A DNA stretch of 60,000 nt from Felis catus (Eukaryota). Position numbers and translations under genes: made by a program. Where the stretch lies: assembly GCF_018350175.1 (NCBI RefSeq), contig NC_058368.1, forward strand, positions 116,872,001-116,932,000, given 5' to 3'. The notes beneath the pieces were generated by a model, which saw nothing but the letters and a program-made list of their open reading frames with translations, did not search any database and was not told the origin of the DNA. This document shows, piece by piece, positions 1-13,378 of the stretch (position 1 is its first letter; every line of letters begins with the position of its first letter).

Positions 1-140
1 GAGAGAGAGGGACACAGAGGATCCAAATCGGGCTCTGTGCTGACAGGCTGACAACAGTGGGCCTGATCTGGGGCTCGAAATCATGAACCACTAGAGATCA
101 TGACCTGAGCTGAAGTCGGATGCTCAACTGACTGATCCAC
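1..140 (-). mobile_element. Can-SINE (partial, cut by the window edge)
   Basis: GAGAGAGAGGGACACAGA...GAGATCATGACCTGAGCTGAAGTCGGATGCTCAAC is the reverse complement of a SINE body. Confidence 0.85.
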
Positions 141-1175
141 TAAACGGATGAATTTTTAAAAATAATCTCAAAGTGGGGAAAGATTTTATAAGCATGACAA
201 TACTAAAGTGATAAAAGATGAAATATTTTTTATAAACAAATTTTTAAAAATTGTATTGCAAGACCACCATGAACAAAATCAAAAGGCAAAATATCTACTA
301 ATGTCACAAATAAGGGCTAATTTCTATTCATAGAAGTAATTCCTGCAAATTGAGAAAAGCCCTCAAAACAAATAGAAAAATGTACAAGGGACATTTCACA
401 GAAATGAAAATACATGCAGATGTTTTAAACATATGGTTCAAACAAATTCAAAACACAACTCCTTTGAGATAAACTTTTTTCATCCATTGATTGGAAATGG
501 TTACAAAGTTTAATGCCACAGTGTGCTAGCAAGGGTGCAATTCACCAGGTGTTCTCATTTGTGGTCTTTCACATACTTACTTGTACCTTCCCTCATGTGC
601 TCTAAATTTAACCCCTGATGCTGCCTGTTGCTGCCATAAACAAAATCTTCTGTGACCTTAGACTCATTTCTGAGGACAGGGTCCTGCCTCAAGCATGCAT
701 TTAAGTCTTTTGCTTTCTTTCCTAAGGCTTTTCTGACGTCTTATTAAGGGACTCTGGTCCTTAAAGATACAGGTTTACCCAGAAGTATGGGACTTAACAT
801 TTCTGGGTCAACCTTCAACCAGTGAGTGATGAGAAACAAACGTTTATCTCAGTTGATCCTTGGGTGAACAAGTACAAGAGGCATCCTACACCCTTGTTTA
901 ATGTTCTGGCTGGCTGAAACCTCAGTTGCTCACAGTGGCTATCTCAATAACGCATCCTGGATTGGCTTTTCTCTCTCTCACTTTTCCTGGTCCTTTGGAT
1001 CATCTCCCAAACTAATTACCTGTGCAGAAACTATTGTCTCAGTCTTTGCTTTTGAGAGTAATTTGAGCTCAGACATATTGCTAATGAGATATAAATTGGT
1101 AAGAGTAATGTGACAATTTTTGCTATAATTTTTAAAAATACTGACCTAACAATTCCAGTTTAGAAATTTGTTTTA

Positions 1176-1320
1176 GGGACACCTGGGTGGCTCAGTTGGT
1201 TAAGTGTTCAATTCTTGGTTTCCACTCAGGTCACGATCTCATGGTTCGTGAGATCTTGTGCTGTCAGTGGATCCTGCTTGGGATTCTGTCTCTCTCTCTC
1301 TCTTCCCCTCCCCTGCTCTC

Positions 1321-1361
<41 letters not shown>

Positions 1362-1400
1362 TATGTGTGTGTGTGTGCGCTCTCTCTCTCTCAAAATAAA
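1176..1400 (+). mobile_element. Can-SINE containing a (TG)n microsatellite (about 1326-1377)
   Basis: GGGACACCTGGGTGGCTCAG head, CT-rich region, AATAAA tail. Confidence 0.85.
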
Positions 1401-1651
1401 TTTTTAAAAATTTTAAAAATAATTTATTTTAAAGAAATATACTAATAGTTGAGCATGTGTGAAGTGATGGTTGTAAAAGAATATGCATCACAACATTGTA
1501 TAATAACCAGGAATTAAAAAAAAAAACACCTCACTGAATCCCAAAATAGGACATTGCTTAAGTAAATGCTAGTATGATTCATACAATGAAATAGCAGGTG
1601 GTAAATAATAAGATAGCTTTATATGGAAAGATTTTTAAAACTAAGAGCAAT

Positions 1652-1779
1652 GGCATTCCTGGGTGGCTTAGTTGGTTAAGCATTTGACTCTTGATTTAGG
1701 CTCCAGTCATGATCTCACGGTTTGTGGGTTTTCAGGCCCTGCTTTGGGCTCTGTGCTGGCAGTGTAGAGCCTGCTTAGG

Positions 1780-1824
<45 letters not shown>

Positions 1825-1862
1825 GCCCCTCCCCTGTTCTCTCCCTCAGAATAAATAAACAT
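1652..1862 (+). mobile_element. Can-SINE
   Basis: CCTGGGTGGCTTAGTTGGTTAAG head, (CT)n, A-rich tail. Confidence 0.85.
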
Positions 1863-2284
1863 TTGTTAAAAATTCTAAGTTTTAATTCCTAATTTAATTA
1901 ATCCTATAACTGTCTCAAAATAAATTTAAAATTTTTAAAAATAAAAACTAAGATCAATAGATTAAATTAGCATTTTGTAAAATATATGTGTATATATACT
2001 GGCATATGTATAGAAGATCCTCCTGGAAAGAGACACAAGGATTTGACATCGGTGGGTTGTCTATAAGGAGAACTTGGCTGCAGACAAGTGTGAAAGAGAG
2101 AGACTTCTTTCTTTCTTTCTCTCTTTTGTTTTTTTGGGTTATTGATATATCATGAATTAGTATTACTTTGTTATTTGGAATACTGAACCCTGTCTGAAAC
2201 CCTGTCTGAAGTGTCTATTTCATCTATTAACTATGGTTTTTAAAAATTTATTTAAAAACTGTTTCAAAAGCTTCAATTACATAT

Positions 2285-2390
2285 GGGCACCTGGCTGGCT
2301 CAGTCAGTGGAACATGTGACTTTTGATCTTGGAGTCATGAGTTCGAGCCCCACATTAGGGGTAGAGATTACATAAGAAAATAAAACAAAA
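2285..2390 (+). mobile_element. Short Can-SINE (tRNA-head type)
   Basis: GGGCACCTGGCTGGCTCAGTCAGTGG...GTAGAGATTAC. Confidence 0.8.
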
Positions 2391-2855
2391 TCTTTTTTAA
2401 AAAGTTTCAATTACATAAATTAGAATGAATTGTAGAATGAAGTGAACCCTTGTGTGCTCATCATCCAGCTTTGAACAATTACCATCATCTTGCCAATTCT
2501 GTTTTATTTATCTCTCCACTTTCCCCCAGTGGAAATTCTAGTAAATGCACAAAGGAATACAAAACAATAGGGAATATTAAAAAGGAAGTAGATACTCTCA
2601 AAAGGGTTAAATTGGATGAATCAAATGAAGCCTAATATATTATAAATATATTATATGAAATACAATAGAATATAAAAATAATAGATATTTAATAGTTCTT
2701 TAGAAACAGGTAAAAAATGAATCCTTGAACTGCCTAGAAATGGGGAAAATATGCTTTTAAAAAGATGCAAATATAATCAGAAAACATTCAGTAAACCCAG
2801 TCCAATCGGTCTGATCTACATAAATAGAGCCAATCCTAGCTAAAACTAGAGTTAC

Positions 2856-3270
2856 AGGTAGAGTTGCCAGATTTAGCAAGTAAAAATATAGAATAGCCAA
2901 TTAAATTTAAATTTTACAGGGGCGCCTGGGTGGCACAGTCGGTTAAGCGTCCGACTTCAGCCAGGTCACGATCTCGCGGTCTGTGAGTTCGAGCCCCGCG
3001 TCGGGCTCTGGGCTGATGGCTCAGAACCTGGAGCCTGTTTCTGATTCTGTGTCTCCCTCTCTCTCTGCCCCTCCCCCATTCATGCTCTGTCTCTCTCTGT
3101 CCCAAAAAATAAATAAACGTTGAAGAAAAATTAAAAAAAAATAAATAAAATAAATTTAAATTTTACATAAATAATGAATAATTTCTTAGAATAAGCATGT
3201 ATCATGCAATATGTCCCATGTAATATTTGGGACATATTTGTACTAAAATATTATTATTTGTTTTATCTGT
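2856..3270. mobile_element. MER53-like hAT MITE split by a SINE
   Basis: GTTGCCAGATTTAGCAA...TTAAATTT on the left; central hairpin ATATGTCCCA...TGGGACATAT (about 3210-3238) on the right. Confidence 0.7.
2919..3150 (+). mobile_element. Young felid SINE (SINEC_Fc-like), full length
   Basis: CpG-rich consensus-like body; 17-bp TSD TAAATTTAAATTTTACA at 2902-2918 and 3151-3167. Confidence 0.95.
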
Positions 3271-3299
3271 TACTTGTGTATGTGATAATGCCTAGGTTC

Positions 3300-3411
3300 A
3301 ACCAAAAGGAATCAGAATTTCTGGGGTTGTAGACTGGACATTACTTTTTAAAAAATTCCCCAGGCCAGAATTACCTACTTCATATCCAAGATTAAGAACC
3401 ACTGCTCTAGA
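3300..3411. mobile_element. MER5A-like DNA transposon fragment
   Basis: AATCAGAATTTCTGGGG...TTAAGAACCACTGCTCTAG. Confidence 0.55.
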
Positions 3412-4334
3412 AAATGCTAATTTTAGCCAAATTAATTAGGTCAATTGGCATCAGGAGAATTGACTTTAGGTAAAATGGTATCAGGTGAGCTAAATCCTCA
3501 TTGCCACATTAGCATGCAACTTAGAAAAAGTTGTCCCTCTTGGTGCACTGTGTCCTTCTAAGAACCTGATTCACTTTGTAGCTGTTACTTATAGGCTCCC
3601 ACCTTAAATTTGGCATCTGCCTCTGGCTGTTCTCTCTGGCATAAGTGAGGTCTCTTCGGGGAGGAGCACTTTTTGTGTCTCACTTATTAGCTAAGGCCTG
3701 GAAATGAAGATGTGAACGTTCTTTCCAACTTGGAGGTAGAAACACCCTGGTCTCAAGTCAGCAGTGGCTCCGAAATCCCCTTTGACACTTTTGGGCAGTT
3801 TCATTTTTCACTTGTATACATGGAGAAGCTGTAAGAGAGTCACTTGGTGACTTGCAAGTTATCAGGGACAGAAGCAGAGGTAAACTAAGGTACCCTAACT
3901 CCTACTTGAATTGGTGTAAGAAAAGATAACATGGTGAAATTTTCCAGTATTGCTCAGGGTTGCTCAGAAAAACAGACTTTTACATTTCTAGCCTTTCCCC
4001 CAAACCAAATGTCACCTGAAAGCACTTCTTTCTTCTTCTCTGTAGCTAAGGTGCTGTATCTTTGTCCTCATCAGCTCCCAGTGGCCATGGTGGCAGAGAA
4101 GAATGGGCTGTTATTTGATGCCAGATTGAATCTGCAGAGATTCTGTGAACTGAGACTAGAGAATTATTACAGTGACTCAGAATGTGTGTGTCTATTTGTG
4201 ATTTTTAGCATTGATAGCAAGCAAGACTTACTTTTAATTTCCTTTTAAATATTAGGATGTTTCAAAATGTCCACAGTTACTGATTAGGCCATTGTGTTTC
4301 AGATTTTGGTGATAGAAAGTAGCCAACTTTTAAA

Positions 4335-4336
<2 letters not shown>

Positions 4337-4365
<29 letters not shown>
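4337..4365 (+). repeat. Poly-A run
   Basis: About 29 consecutive A. Confidence 0.9.
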
Positions 4366-4367
<2 letters not shown>

Positions 4368-5089
4368 CCTCCGGGAGGTTCTAACTGAACTTCCATATTT
4401 CAGAATACCCTTCCCAGCCATAGCAAAAACATGAGTATCCTTCTGCTCTGTGCTACTTTTAAGACATCCTTGTTGCCTTCTGGTTGTCACAGGCCATTGC
4501 CCCAGATGAGAAGTGCTGGCAGCATTGGCACAACTGTTGCCCCAATGTTCTCATCTTTAGAGAAGCATGGGCTTCAGGAGTGGGTTTGTCTTCAAAATGC
4601 GTAGAAAGCCAGCACCTTGTGATTCCTCCTGCTGTGGATAGTATCTAAGGCAGTGGAAGGAAACTCTCACGTTAGATGGCAACTGCCCCATGTCTCTGGC
4701 CTCCAAACCTGCATTGGCGGGGGCCAGAGGGGGTCTCTGTGTAGCCTTGGGCTGAAGGGAAGATGCCAGTTTTAGTGAAGTGAGAGCCCAAGAAGTCTGA
4801 ATGTTCTGACCAGATACCCCCAGCCCCCGCCCCGCACCATAACTCACCCCTGTGTCATGGCCTTATCAACAGTATCTCCTATTGCTACCATCAGATTAAC
4901 TTCACAGTTGATGTCAGTTTGCAGATGTTGGGAACTCCCCCATCAACTCTTTTTCCCCCAGAGAGTAACTTACATGTTGTTTTGTGGATTTCTTTTCTTT
5001 CCTTTCACTGTGCCCTCTGGTCAGTCAGCAAACTTCCCTATATCCTCAGCCTTTTTTTCTGAAAATTCACCTTCTGGCTAAAAACTGGC

Positions 5090-6830
5090 CCTCCCTGAAG
5101 ACGTGACTTATATTTATTTTTCTCAAAAGGTAGCTATGCTTTCTCTTTACCCCTAATACTACTGGGCCTAGAAAGAAGAAATTCTCTTCCTGCTCCTTGG
5201 TGCCACTTTCACATCACTCCACCTCCCTTTTGCTTAACAACATTCAGCTTGGAATTTCATGTCATGGAATTCTTCCACCTACTACCTCGCCTCATGGCGG
5301 CCATCCGCTGATCCCATGTCACTCATCCTCATTCCTTGAACATTTTAACTGCTGATTCTTCATCATGCTGTCCAGTGTTATTCCAGCCATAATTCTTGGT
5401 AACATCAATATCCAGATAGGTGTATCTTCGGCAGCCTCTCCCCGTTCCTTGACCTTCTCTCCTGTAGTTAGCCAGTACTCTACCCAACTCAGCCACTTAC
5501 TCCCATCCCAAGTCAGATACAGATTTCATGTTATCAATGCCTGCAATTTCTCTCTTAGCCATTTTGAGCATCCAACTGTCTGGCTACCCTGTCCAATTTT
5601 TCCAGCTTACACCCTCTAAGAGCCTAACTTCAAAAATCACTTCTCCATTCCAATACATAAAATCCATTAGTACTACCACCCCCATGTCCTTATTTCACCT
5701 TATCCAGCTAAAATCCCACGGCCAGTCATTATAATCATTCCATTTCATACACCCTTAACTCCCTGACCTTCTCACACTTTAATATATATACATGCTTCTA
5801 AAAATCCTACTATTCATAAATCCAAACTTTGCCAATACCAGCCCTGTGTACACATTGGTTAAAGTGATAGGAGAGGGCTGCCTGGCTGGCTCAGTCAGTG
5901 GAGCATTTGACTCTTGATCTTGGAGTTGTGAGTTTGAGCCCCATACAGGGTGCAGAGATTACTTAAAAATAAAATCTTTAGGATCACCTGGGTGGCTCAG
6001 TTGGTTAAGCATCCAACTTTGGCTCAGGTCATGATCTCAATGGTTTGTGAATTCGAGCCCCAGGTTGGGCTCTTTGCTGTCAGCACTCAGCCAGCTTTGG
6101 ATCCTCTGTCTCCCTCTCTCTCTGCCTCTACCCTGCTCGCATGCACACACACTCTCTCTGTAAAATAAACATTAAATAAATAAATAAAATAAAATCTTAA
6201 AAAAAAAAGCGATTGGAGAAAATATCACAATATTTCTTGCTGTTCTCACTTTCTATTTGTAATTACAAATTTCAAATGGCCCTTAGTGCTGCCTCGTGAT
6301 CATATTGTGTTTTCCTAGTCCATTAGTCCTCCTACCTCATCCATTTGCTGGGACTACTTCTTACTCTCTGCTCTTTTCTCAACCTTTAGCACACGCCCAT
6401 ATTCTGTATCAGTAGAGCATCTTCTTTATTCACTGATAAATGAAGCAATCAGAAGACTGTGTCCACAAATTCACACCACATTGACCTTCTGACCTGTCTT
6501 TGTTCCCTTGTACCCTGCCTCATGTTCTGTGGTATTAAATTGTCCATGCTCCTTGCTAAGGCCACCCTTCCATGAGTACTCATATCCCCTCCCATGTCAT
6601 ATCTTCAAAGACATTGCTTTCTGCCGCCCCTGTATTGCCAGTTTTCTCCTTTCTACAGGATATTTCCCATCAGCATACAGGCATATTGTTATTTCTTACA
6701 TCTTAAAGTAACCATTTTTTGACCCAATTTTTCCTTCTAGTTACTGCTCATTTCTCTCTTCTTTACCAAAAAACCCCCCAAAAACAAAACCAAAAAACTT
6801 TCTTGAAAGAGTTCCCTCTACTTACCCACC
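5090..6830 (-). mobile_element. Ancient LINE-2 fragments, interrupted by two tandem Can-SINEs (about 5875-5975 and 5981-6208)
   Basis: Pyrimidine-rich L2-like sequence (ATAATTCTTGGTAACATCAATATCC...); SINE heads at about 5875 and 5981. Confidence 0.55.
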
Positions 6831-8214
6831 CGATTCCTTTTGTAATCTTTTTTCCCCAAAGTTTTAAATAGTTACATTTAAAAAATTAGTACTCATAGCT
6901 ATTGACCATAAATTCAAATTATTTCATTTGAAACCACTGTTTTTTCATATTAGAAATTAGTATCTGGCCTGAAGAGAAAGTCACAATGGCTCGGATTTAT
7001 TTTATTTTAATTTTTGTTCTATAAAAAAATCAAACCTATTGAAAAGTTGACAAATTATTAAGGTTAAAAAATAAAATTTGACATTTAACCATAATAGTGA
7101 ATAAAAATCAATTTCAATGTAATTTGAAAGTCACTAAAAAGTATTGAGTATATAGGTCATCCTAAAGCAGAGAAAAATAATGATAGTTTATTCCCTTGCT
7201 CACAGAGTGCTTCAAATGCACTACGTTTCTGTTGTGTCATTGCCTCCAAACCTTTGTACATGCTTTTCCCTATTGCTAGTCACTGTTTCCCTTCCTGGAT
7301 AACTTGTCATCTTTCAGAGCCCAGTCTTTCCCAAACTTCCACCCCAAACCTGCAGTTCTGAGTTCTTTTATCATACTATTGTCTTCTTATGATAGTCTGT
7401 AATGTATTTATTGTAACAGTTACCTATCTTACCTGTTAGGATCCAAGTTTTGTGAGGCTGGAATGGTGCACATTTCATTCAACATCATGTTTTCTGATCC
7501 TAGAATAGGCCAAACACATAGAAGGTGCTTAATAATATTTAGTAACTGAATGACTATAGTGCTGATTGAGTGTTACATGAGATGAAACAATCTTTGGAAG
7601 AAAAGTCTCTCATTTTAACACTTCTGTGAAAAAGAGCCAGCACAGATTATTTAGCGATCATGTTCTAAAACTTATTTATTGGACCCCTGCAAAGGATTTA
7701 AGAGCTCAGTGAAGTGGACACCTTGTAAAATTGGAGACCTTGAGATCACAATGGTGATGACTGGAAACAGCCTCATGATGGTATAAATGCAAGTAATATA
7801 ATGAACTAGTTCGCAAACATCAATGCACCATATGGAGGTCTTGGAAAATGCTTTGAAAGCCATTGGTTTAGATAAAATAGGAAGTTCAGCAAAAAGCTCC
7901 CCCTAAGGAAGTTTATATTTCTATTTCAAGGCACAGAGTAGGCATCTGTATCTACTTCAGAAGAGGGGAGGAATTTAAAATTATGATTTTCGTTATTGCA
8001 AATTATGGGCAGAGAATACAGTAATGTCTTCAGAGCTATGAAGAAACTGTATCAGTGTTTCCCCCCAGCAGCCACCATTACAGTGAATCCATATATATAC
8101 TTTGATCTCATATCAAGAAATTGTGAATTTAGAAGTTTTACTAATTTGTTACATAAATATAGACCATCAGTCTTGGCAATTCATATAATCTCTGCTTCAA
8201 GTAGCATTATTGTT

Positions 8215-8520
8215 ATTTTTAAATTTTATTTATGTATTTTGAGGGAGGGAGAGCAGGGGACCAGGAGAGAGAGAGGGAGAGAGAGACTCCCAAGCAGGCT
8301 CTGCACTGTCTGCATAGAGCCCAATGAGGACTGGGCTCAATCTCACGAACCGTGAGATCATGACCTAAGTCAAAATCAAAAGTCCAGTGCTTAACCAACT
8401 AAGCCACCAAGGTACCCTTCGAGTAGCATTATTTAAAAGGAATCCAAGCTGAATAATATTTTCATAATGGATTGTCACATTAGATCAGGCTTTTTAAAAA
8501 AAATTTTAATGTTTATTTTT

Positions 8521-8551
<31 letters not shown>

Positions 8552-8711
8552 CGGGGAGGGACACAGAGAGAGGGAGACACAGAATCTGAAGCAGACTCCA
8601 GGCTCTGAGCTGTCAGCACAGAGCCCAACACGGGGCTCGAACTCACAAGCCATGAGATCATGACCTGAGCCAAAGTCGGATGCTTAACCAACTGAGCCAC
8701 GCAGACACCCT
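8215..8711 (-). mobile_element. Two Can-SINEs (about 8215-8417 and 8500-8711)
   Basis: TTTATTT...(GA)n...TGAGATCATGACCT...CCACC reverse-strand bodies. Confidence 0.85.
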
Positions 8712-8739
8712 TAGATCATGTTTTTATTTTATTACTTTA

Positions 8740-9680
8740 TTGAATCTGCTCTGTTAAGGTCACAAGGAACCCTCATCTTTCCATCTCAAGTTGTATTTTA
8801 CTAAACTCTCAGGAATATTTCCTTCCTCCTTCTTGAAACAATTTCTCCACATGACTTCCAGGGCACATTCTCTCCTGGGTTTTCTCCTACCACACTGGCG
8901 ACTCTCCCAAATCTCCTTTGCTGGCTTCTCCTCATTTTCTAGACCTCTAAATGTCGAAGTGCGCTAGGACTGGCCAATCTTCTCTGCGTTCACAATTCCC
9001 TAGATGATCTCATCCAGTTTCATTGCATTTTAAATATAGCTTTCCTAATCTTTACTCTAAAATTCTTATTTCTAGATGTGATATCTCCCCTACCTCCTCA
9101 GACCCAAATATTCAATTGCCCAATGAAGATAACTTTATAACTTCAACAAGCCTTTCAAATTTAACATGTACAGAATTCTTGATTTTCCATCCCCAGATTA
9201 ACCCTGACTTCCCCATATCAGTAAACGGCACCACCAATCACCAAGATACCCCAAACAGAGGGCCATTCTTTACTATTTAACATTCCACATCCAAATCCAT
9301 CATCAAACCATGTCAAAAAATATCTCAAATCTAACCAATTTTTATTAACTCCAGTACTGTCATCCTAGTTCACACTATCATTGTCTTCTGACTATTTTAC
9401 TGCAATGGCAGTAAACTGGTCTCTCTTCTTCCACCCAGACAACAATCAGACTTGTCTTTTTATCACATAAATAAAATATCCATTCAAAACCCTCTGTTGC
9501 TTTCTCATAATACCCTTCTTCTTTATAACACTTGCCACCTCACATAATATTATGTATCAATTTGTAGATGCCCTAAACATAGGGACTTCGTATTATTCAT
9601 ACTGTGTACCCAGAGCCTAGAAGAGTACCTGACATTTAAGGATGATCAATAAATATTTGCTGAATAAATAAATGAATCAC
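8740..9680 (-). mobile_element. LINE-2 3' fragment
   Basis: CTCCTTCTTGAAACA...; ends with the L2 terminus TCAATAAATATTTGCTGAATAAATAAATGAAT. Confidence 0.65.
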
Positions 9681-10373
9681 TACGTATTTAAAAACCTTTG
9701 GTATATGATATTATAACCTGGTAAAACAGAGATTAAAAATGGTTGTCTGATGATACCTGTCTTTGTAGCTAAATCCTAGGATCAGACTTAGAAATCTATG
9801 CACCACATATTTTCTCACATGCTTATAACAAAGAATTGCCACTTTTCATCCTTGATTATCTTTTCTTCAGCAGCATGAGCCCTGTGATATCCTATTTTCT
9901 AGCAGGAGGTAACTTATAAACTATCCTTATAAGTACAATAAAAAGATGAAGATATGTTTGTGACATATATGGGTCTCTATCTGTAGGCATCATTTTTTTG
10001 CAGTGAGTTAGTATGATGGAGAGCTTAAAAAATCTATGCTGTGATTCCTTCAGAAATTCCCCTCCTGCAAGACACAATATATACTTTTATATGATAAGGA
10101 AAGATAAAAACCAAACAGAGCTAAGTGTCAAAACATAAACCTAAAATCATAATCATTTATTTATTCTTTCCACTAATACTTTTTGAACTAAAGTGTGCCA
10201 GGCATTATGCTAAGCACTGGGGAAACAGCAGGTAACAAGACGGATAGATAGGGTCTGCTGTCATAGATTTATACTAGAGTGAACAAGTAAACAGATATAT
10301 AAAACAATAAAAAGTTATGAGTAGTGCTTTTAAGGAAATAAACATGATGCTGTGCTAGAAAAAAGAGGCGGAT

Positions 10374-10849
10374 TGTGGTAGGCAGAATAATACCCCTCCA
10401 AAAGATGTCCCCATTCTAGTCCCCAGAATTTTAAATATGTTATATGTAAAAAATGAGAATTAATATTGTTAATCAGCTGACCTTTCATATCAGGAGGTCA
10501 TCTTGGATTATCTAGATGGACCTAACATTATTACAAGAGTGGAAGAGAGAGGCAGGGGAGAGAATGTCAAAGTCAAGATTTTAAGATGCTGCACAGCTGA
10601 CTTTGAGGGTGGAACAAGGGGGTCACATGCCAAACAGACAGGCAGCCTCTAAAATCTGGAAAAAGAAAGGGAATGGGTTCTTCTCTGCCACCTCCAGAAG
10701 GAAAGCATTCCTGCTAATACCTTGATTTTAGCACAGTGAGACCCATCGTGGACTTCTGACCCTCAGAAGTCTACGATAATAGATTTGTGTTGTTTAAAGC
10801 CATTACATTTGTGGTAATTTGTTACAGCAGCACACAGAGAAATAACACA
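10374..10849 (+). mobile_element. MaLR solo LTR (MLT1-like) nested in an L2 fragment
   Basis: Starts TGTGGTAGGCAGAATAAT...AAAGATGTCC; ends TTTGTGGTAATTTGTTACAGCAGC...AACACA. Confidence 0.8.
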
Positions 10850-11219
10850 GAGACTTTAGACAGGAGAGTCAAAGCAAGCTTCTCTAAAAAGATGTTATTA
10901 ATCTGAAAGTGGAAGGGTTACAAGAAGCATGTCATGAAAAGAGGTAGCAATAATTAATTTGAGGCAGAGAAAACAGCAAGCCCAAAGTCTCCAAGACAGA
11001 AAAGAGATTGATAAATTCTAGACACTGATGAAAGGTCAGAGTAATTCAAGTGTAATAGTGAAGAGAGAAAGTGGTTAATAAGAGATTAGAAATTAGGTAA
11101 CATTAGTTTATTCAGGGCCTTATAAGCTATACTAAGGAATTTAGTGTGTGCTCTCAGTGTAATGGTAAGACATGGAGTGGTTTTAAATATAAGTATGAAA
11201 TTATCTGTCTTGTGGGTTT

Positions 11220-12010
11220 TTTTTATTGCAGTGTAACATAATTAGCGCATACAAATCATAGTGTATATATAGCTCAAGAGATTTTTACAGAGCGAACATA
11301 CCTGTAACCACCACCCAGATCAAGAAATAGAATATTACCAATACCCTTGAAGCCTCCTTAGAGCTCTCTGCTAGTCTTTATCTCCACCAAATGGAACCGC
11401 TATTTTGACTTTTATCATCTTAGGGTAGTTTTTCAGTTATTGAGTTTTATATAAATAGAATCATACAAAATGTTTTCTTTGGCTTCTGATTTTTTTTCTG
11501 CTGGACATTACATTATGTCTGTGAGATTTTAGGCATACATAATTTAAAAAAAATGTCAGTGCTGTATATATTTCTGTATTTGGTAATAACAATATATTTT
11601 CCATTATACTGTTGGGGTACATTTGAAGTGCTTCCAAGTTTGAGCTATGATGAACTTTCTTGTACATGTATTTTTGTATGCACATATAAGCCTTTCTATT
11701 AAGTATATACCTAAAGAGTGCAATTACTGAGTTGGAGGGTATACATATATGGTACTTTACTAAATGCTGCCAGTTTTCCAGAATGATTGTACCAAGTCAC
11801 ACTCTACCAGAATGTGCGCTGGTTGAAGTCCCATCCTTTCCAACACTTGGAAATGTCATGTTTTATTATTAATTAATCAAGTCATTCTCTTGGGTGGGTA
11901 AAGGCATTTTACTGTTGTTTAAAATTTCCTTTCTTTGATAATTAATGATGTTGAAAAGCTTTTTGTATGCTAACTGGCTATTAGGTTTTTTTTTCTTTTA
12001 TTAAGTGCTT
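11220..12010 (-). mobile_element. Old L1M 3' fragment
   Basis: ACCTGTAACCACCACCCAGATCAAGAAATAGAATATT and other minus-strand L1 3'-end features. Confidence 0.7.
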
Positions 12011-13365
12011 GTTTGCTAACTTACTACTTAGGTTTTTAAAAGGTAATTCTGTCTTCCATGGGGAGATTATAATCATAGTTAGAATTATATAGGCATTTTT
12101 AAGCACTTGTTTAGATCTTGGTACAAGATGAATGAAATTTGGTATATGCATAGAAAATTTATATTATAAGTGCTTATGTACAGAGGGCATGCTACAAAAA
12201 CACAGGTGTTCAACATACCATCAAAGTGTATTTTATCTCTAAGACTAACCATGAAATTGTGAGTCAAATCATTCTTTCTGAAAAGTGTTGATCTATCTTG
12301 TTAAGACCTCTTTCTCTTGCCCCCCAGAATAACCAACTTTAAGAGTTTCATACTCTTTCAGGAGTTGATTTTATTAATGAAATGGTGTCCTTTAAAAATT
12401 AGCTTTACAGAAATTTAATGATTGAAGGAGAGAAACTGCAATGCCACATAATATTTAAATGGCCTCCAGAAAAAAATAATTTTGCTAGTTTGAAACTGAG
12501 TTAGATGAATTCTGAGACATAAATATACAGAGGAGAAAGGACATGTCCAATTAATAGGATTTCTGGCTGCCTGCCCAAGGAGATTCTGCAAAATCCTACA
12601 ATACTAGGTAAAACGCCCCTCTGGAGCAAATACTGTGTTGAGAATGTGGAAGGCTCTGCCCAACAATAAATTAACTTTGTGCAGCATGCTTTATTGCTCT
12701 GCCCTGTATTCTGGCAAGCTTTCTCTCATTGTCTCCCCCCCGCCAAGTGGCTTGCTTTGCTTGTTTTGTATTAAAGATGACTCAGCCAGACTCTTAGTCT
12801 TTCCTTTCATCTTCTCCTTTCCCTACCCCTCAACCTCCTATTTTTGATCCTAGAGTGGCAAAGCCAGGGCAGAGTCCCGTCCCCACCCCCCCCCCCCCCC
12901 CGCCCAACCTTTTTTTTTTTTTTTTTTTTTTTTATTTGTGGCTGATGTTCCAGCACACTGAGCTATTGGTCCTGAAAAGTCAACTGCTTTTTTTTCCTCT
13001 TTGGAACTTTCACAGGTTACATTCCTCCTCTAACTAGGTTACCCCCTGGCCCCCTTAATTCTCTGAAGCTAGTGATCCCAAACATACAGTTCCTAGGGAT
13101 GGGGCTGTGTTTCATCCCTGCCCCCTCCTGAACAACCACTAAAATCCCCTTTGCAGCCTTAAGCAAGGAGATACAAGAGCAACCACAGATCCAAGGGTGA
13201 CAGGGCGGGCACTCTGCCAAGCTCTGTGTGCTACTGTCTTTCCACCACACCTCCCTCAGTATATTTGAGGAGCCTAGGAAATTAATGTCTCCTGGGCAAG
13301 GGGAGAGGGGTGGGGGTAGGGGAAGGAAAGAGGGAGTGTCTTAGGGGCGGAAAATGCAGTAAATT

Positions 13366-13378
13366 CGCCCTCTGCTGG
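13366..13378 (-). promoter_or_regulatory. CTCF site, reverse orientation (HS5-1a-like)
   Basis: + strand CGCCCTCTGCTGG reads CCAGCAGAGGGCG on the minus strand, a near-perfect CTCF core. Confidence 0.88.

Noticed and set aside
2919..3000. tRNA-like A-box and B-box sequences
   Set aside because: These are SINE heads derived from tRNA, not tRNA genes.
2914..3105. Recurrent small ORFs (MGQRETEHE..., MAQLVKHPT...)
   Set aside because: Translations of Can-SINE sequence, not genes.
12612..12627. CGCCCCTCTGGAGC as a third reverse CTCF site
   Set aside because: Spacing does not fit the core consensus in either register; too weak to call without ChIP data.
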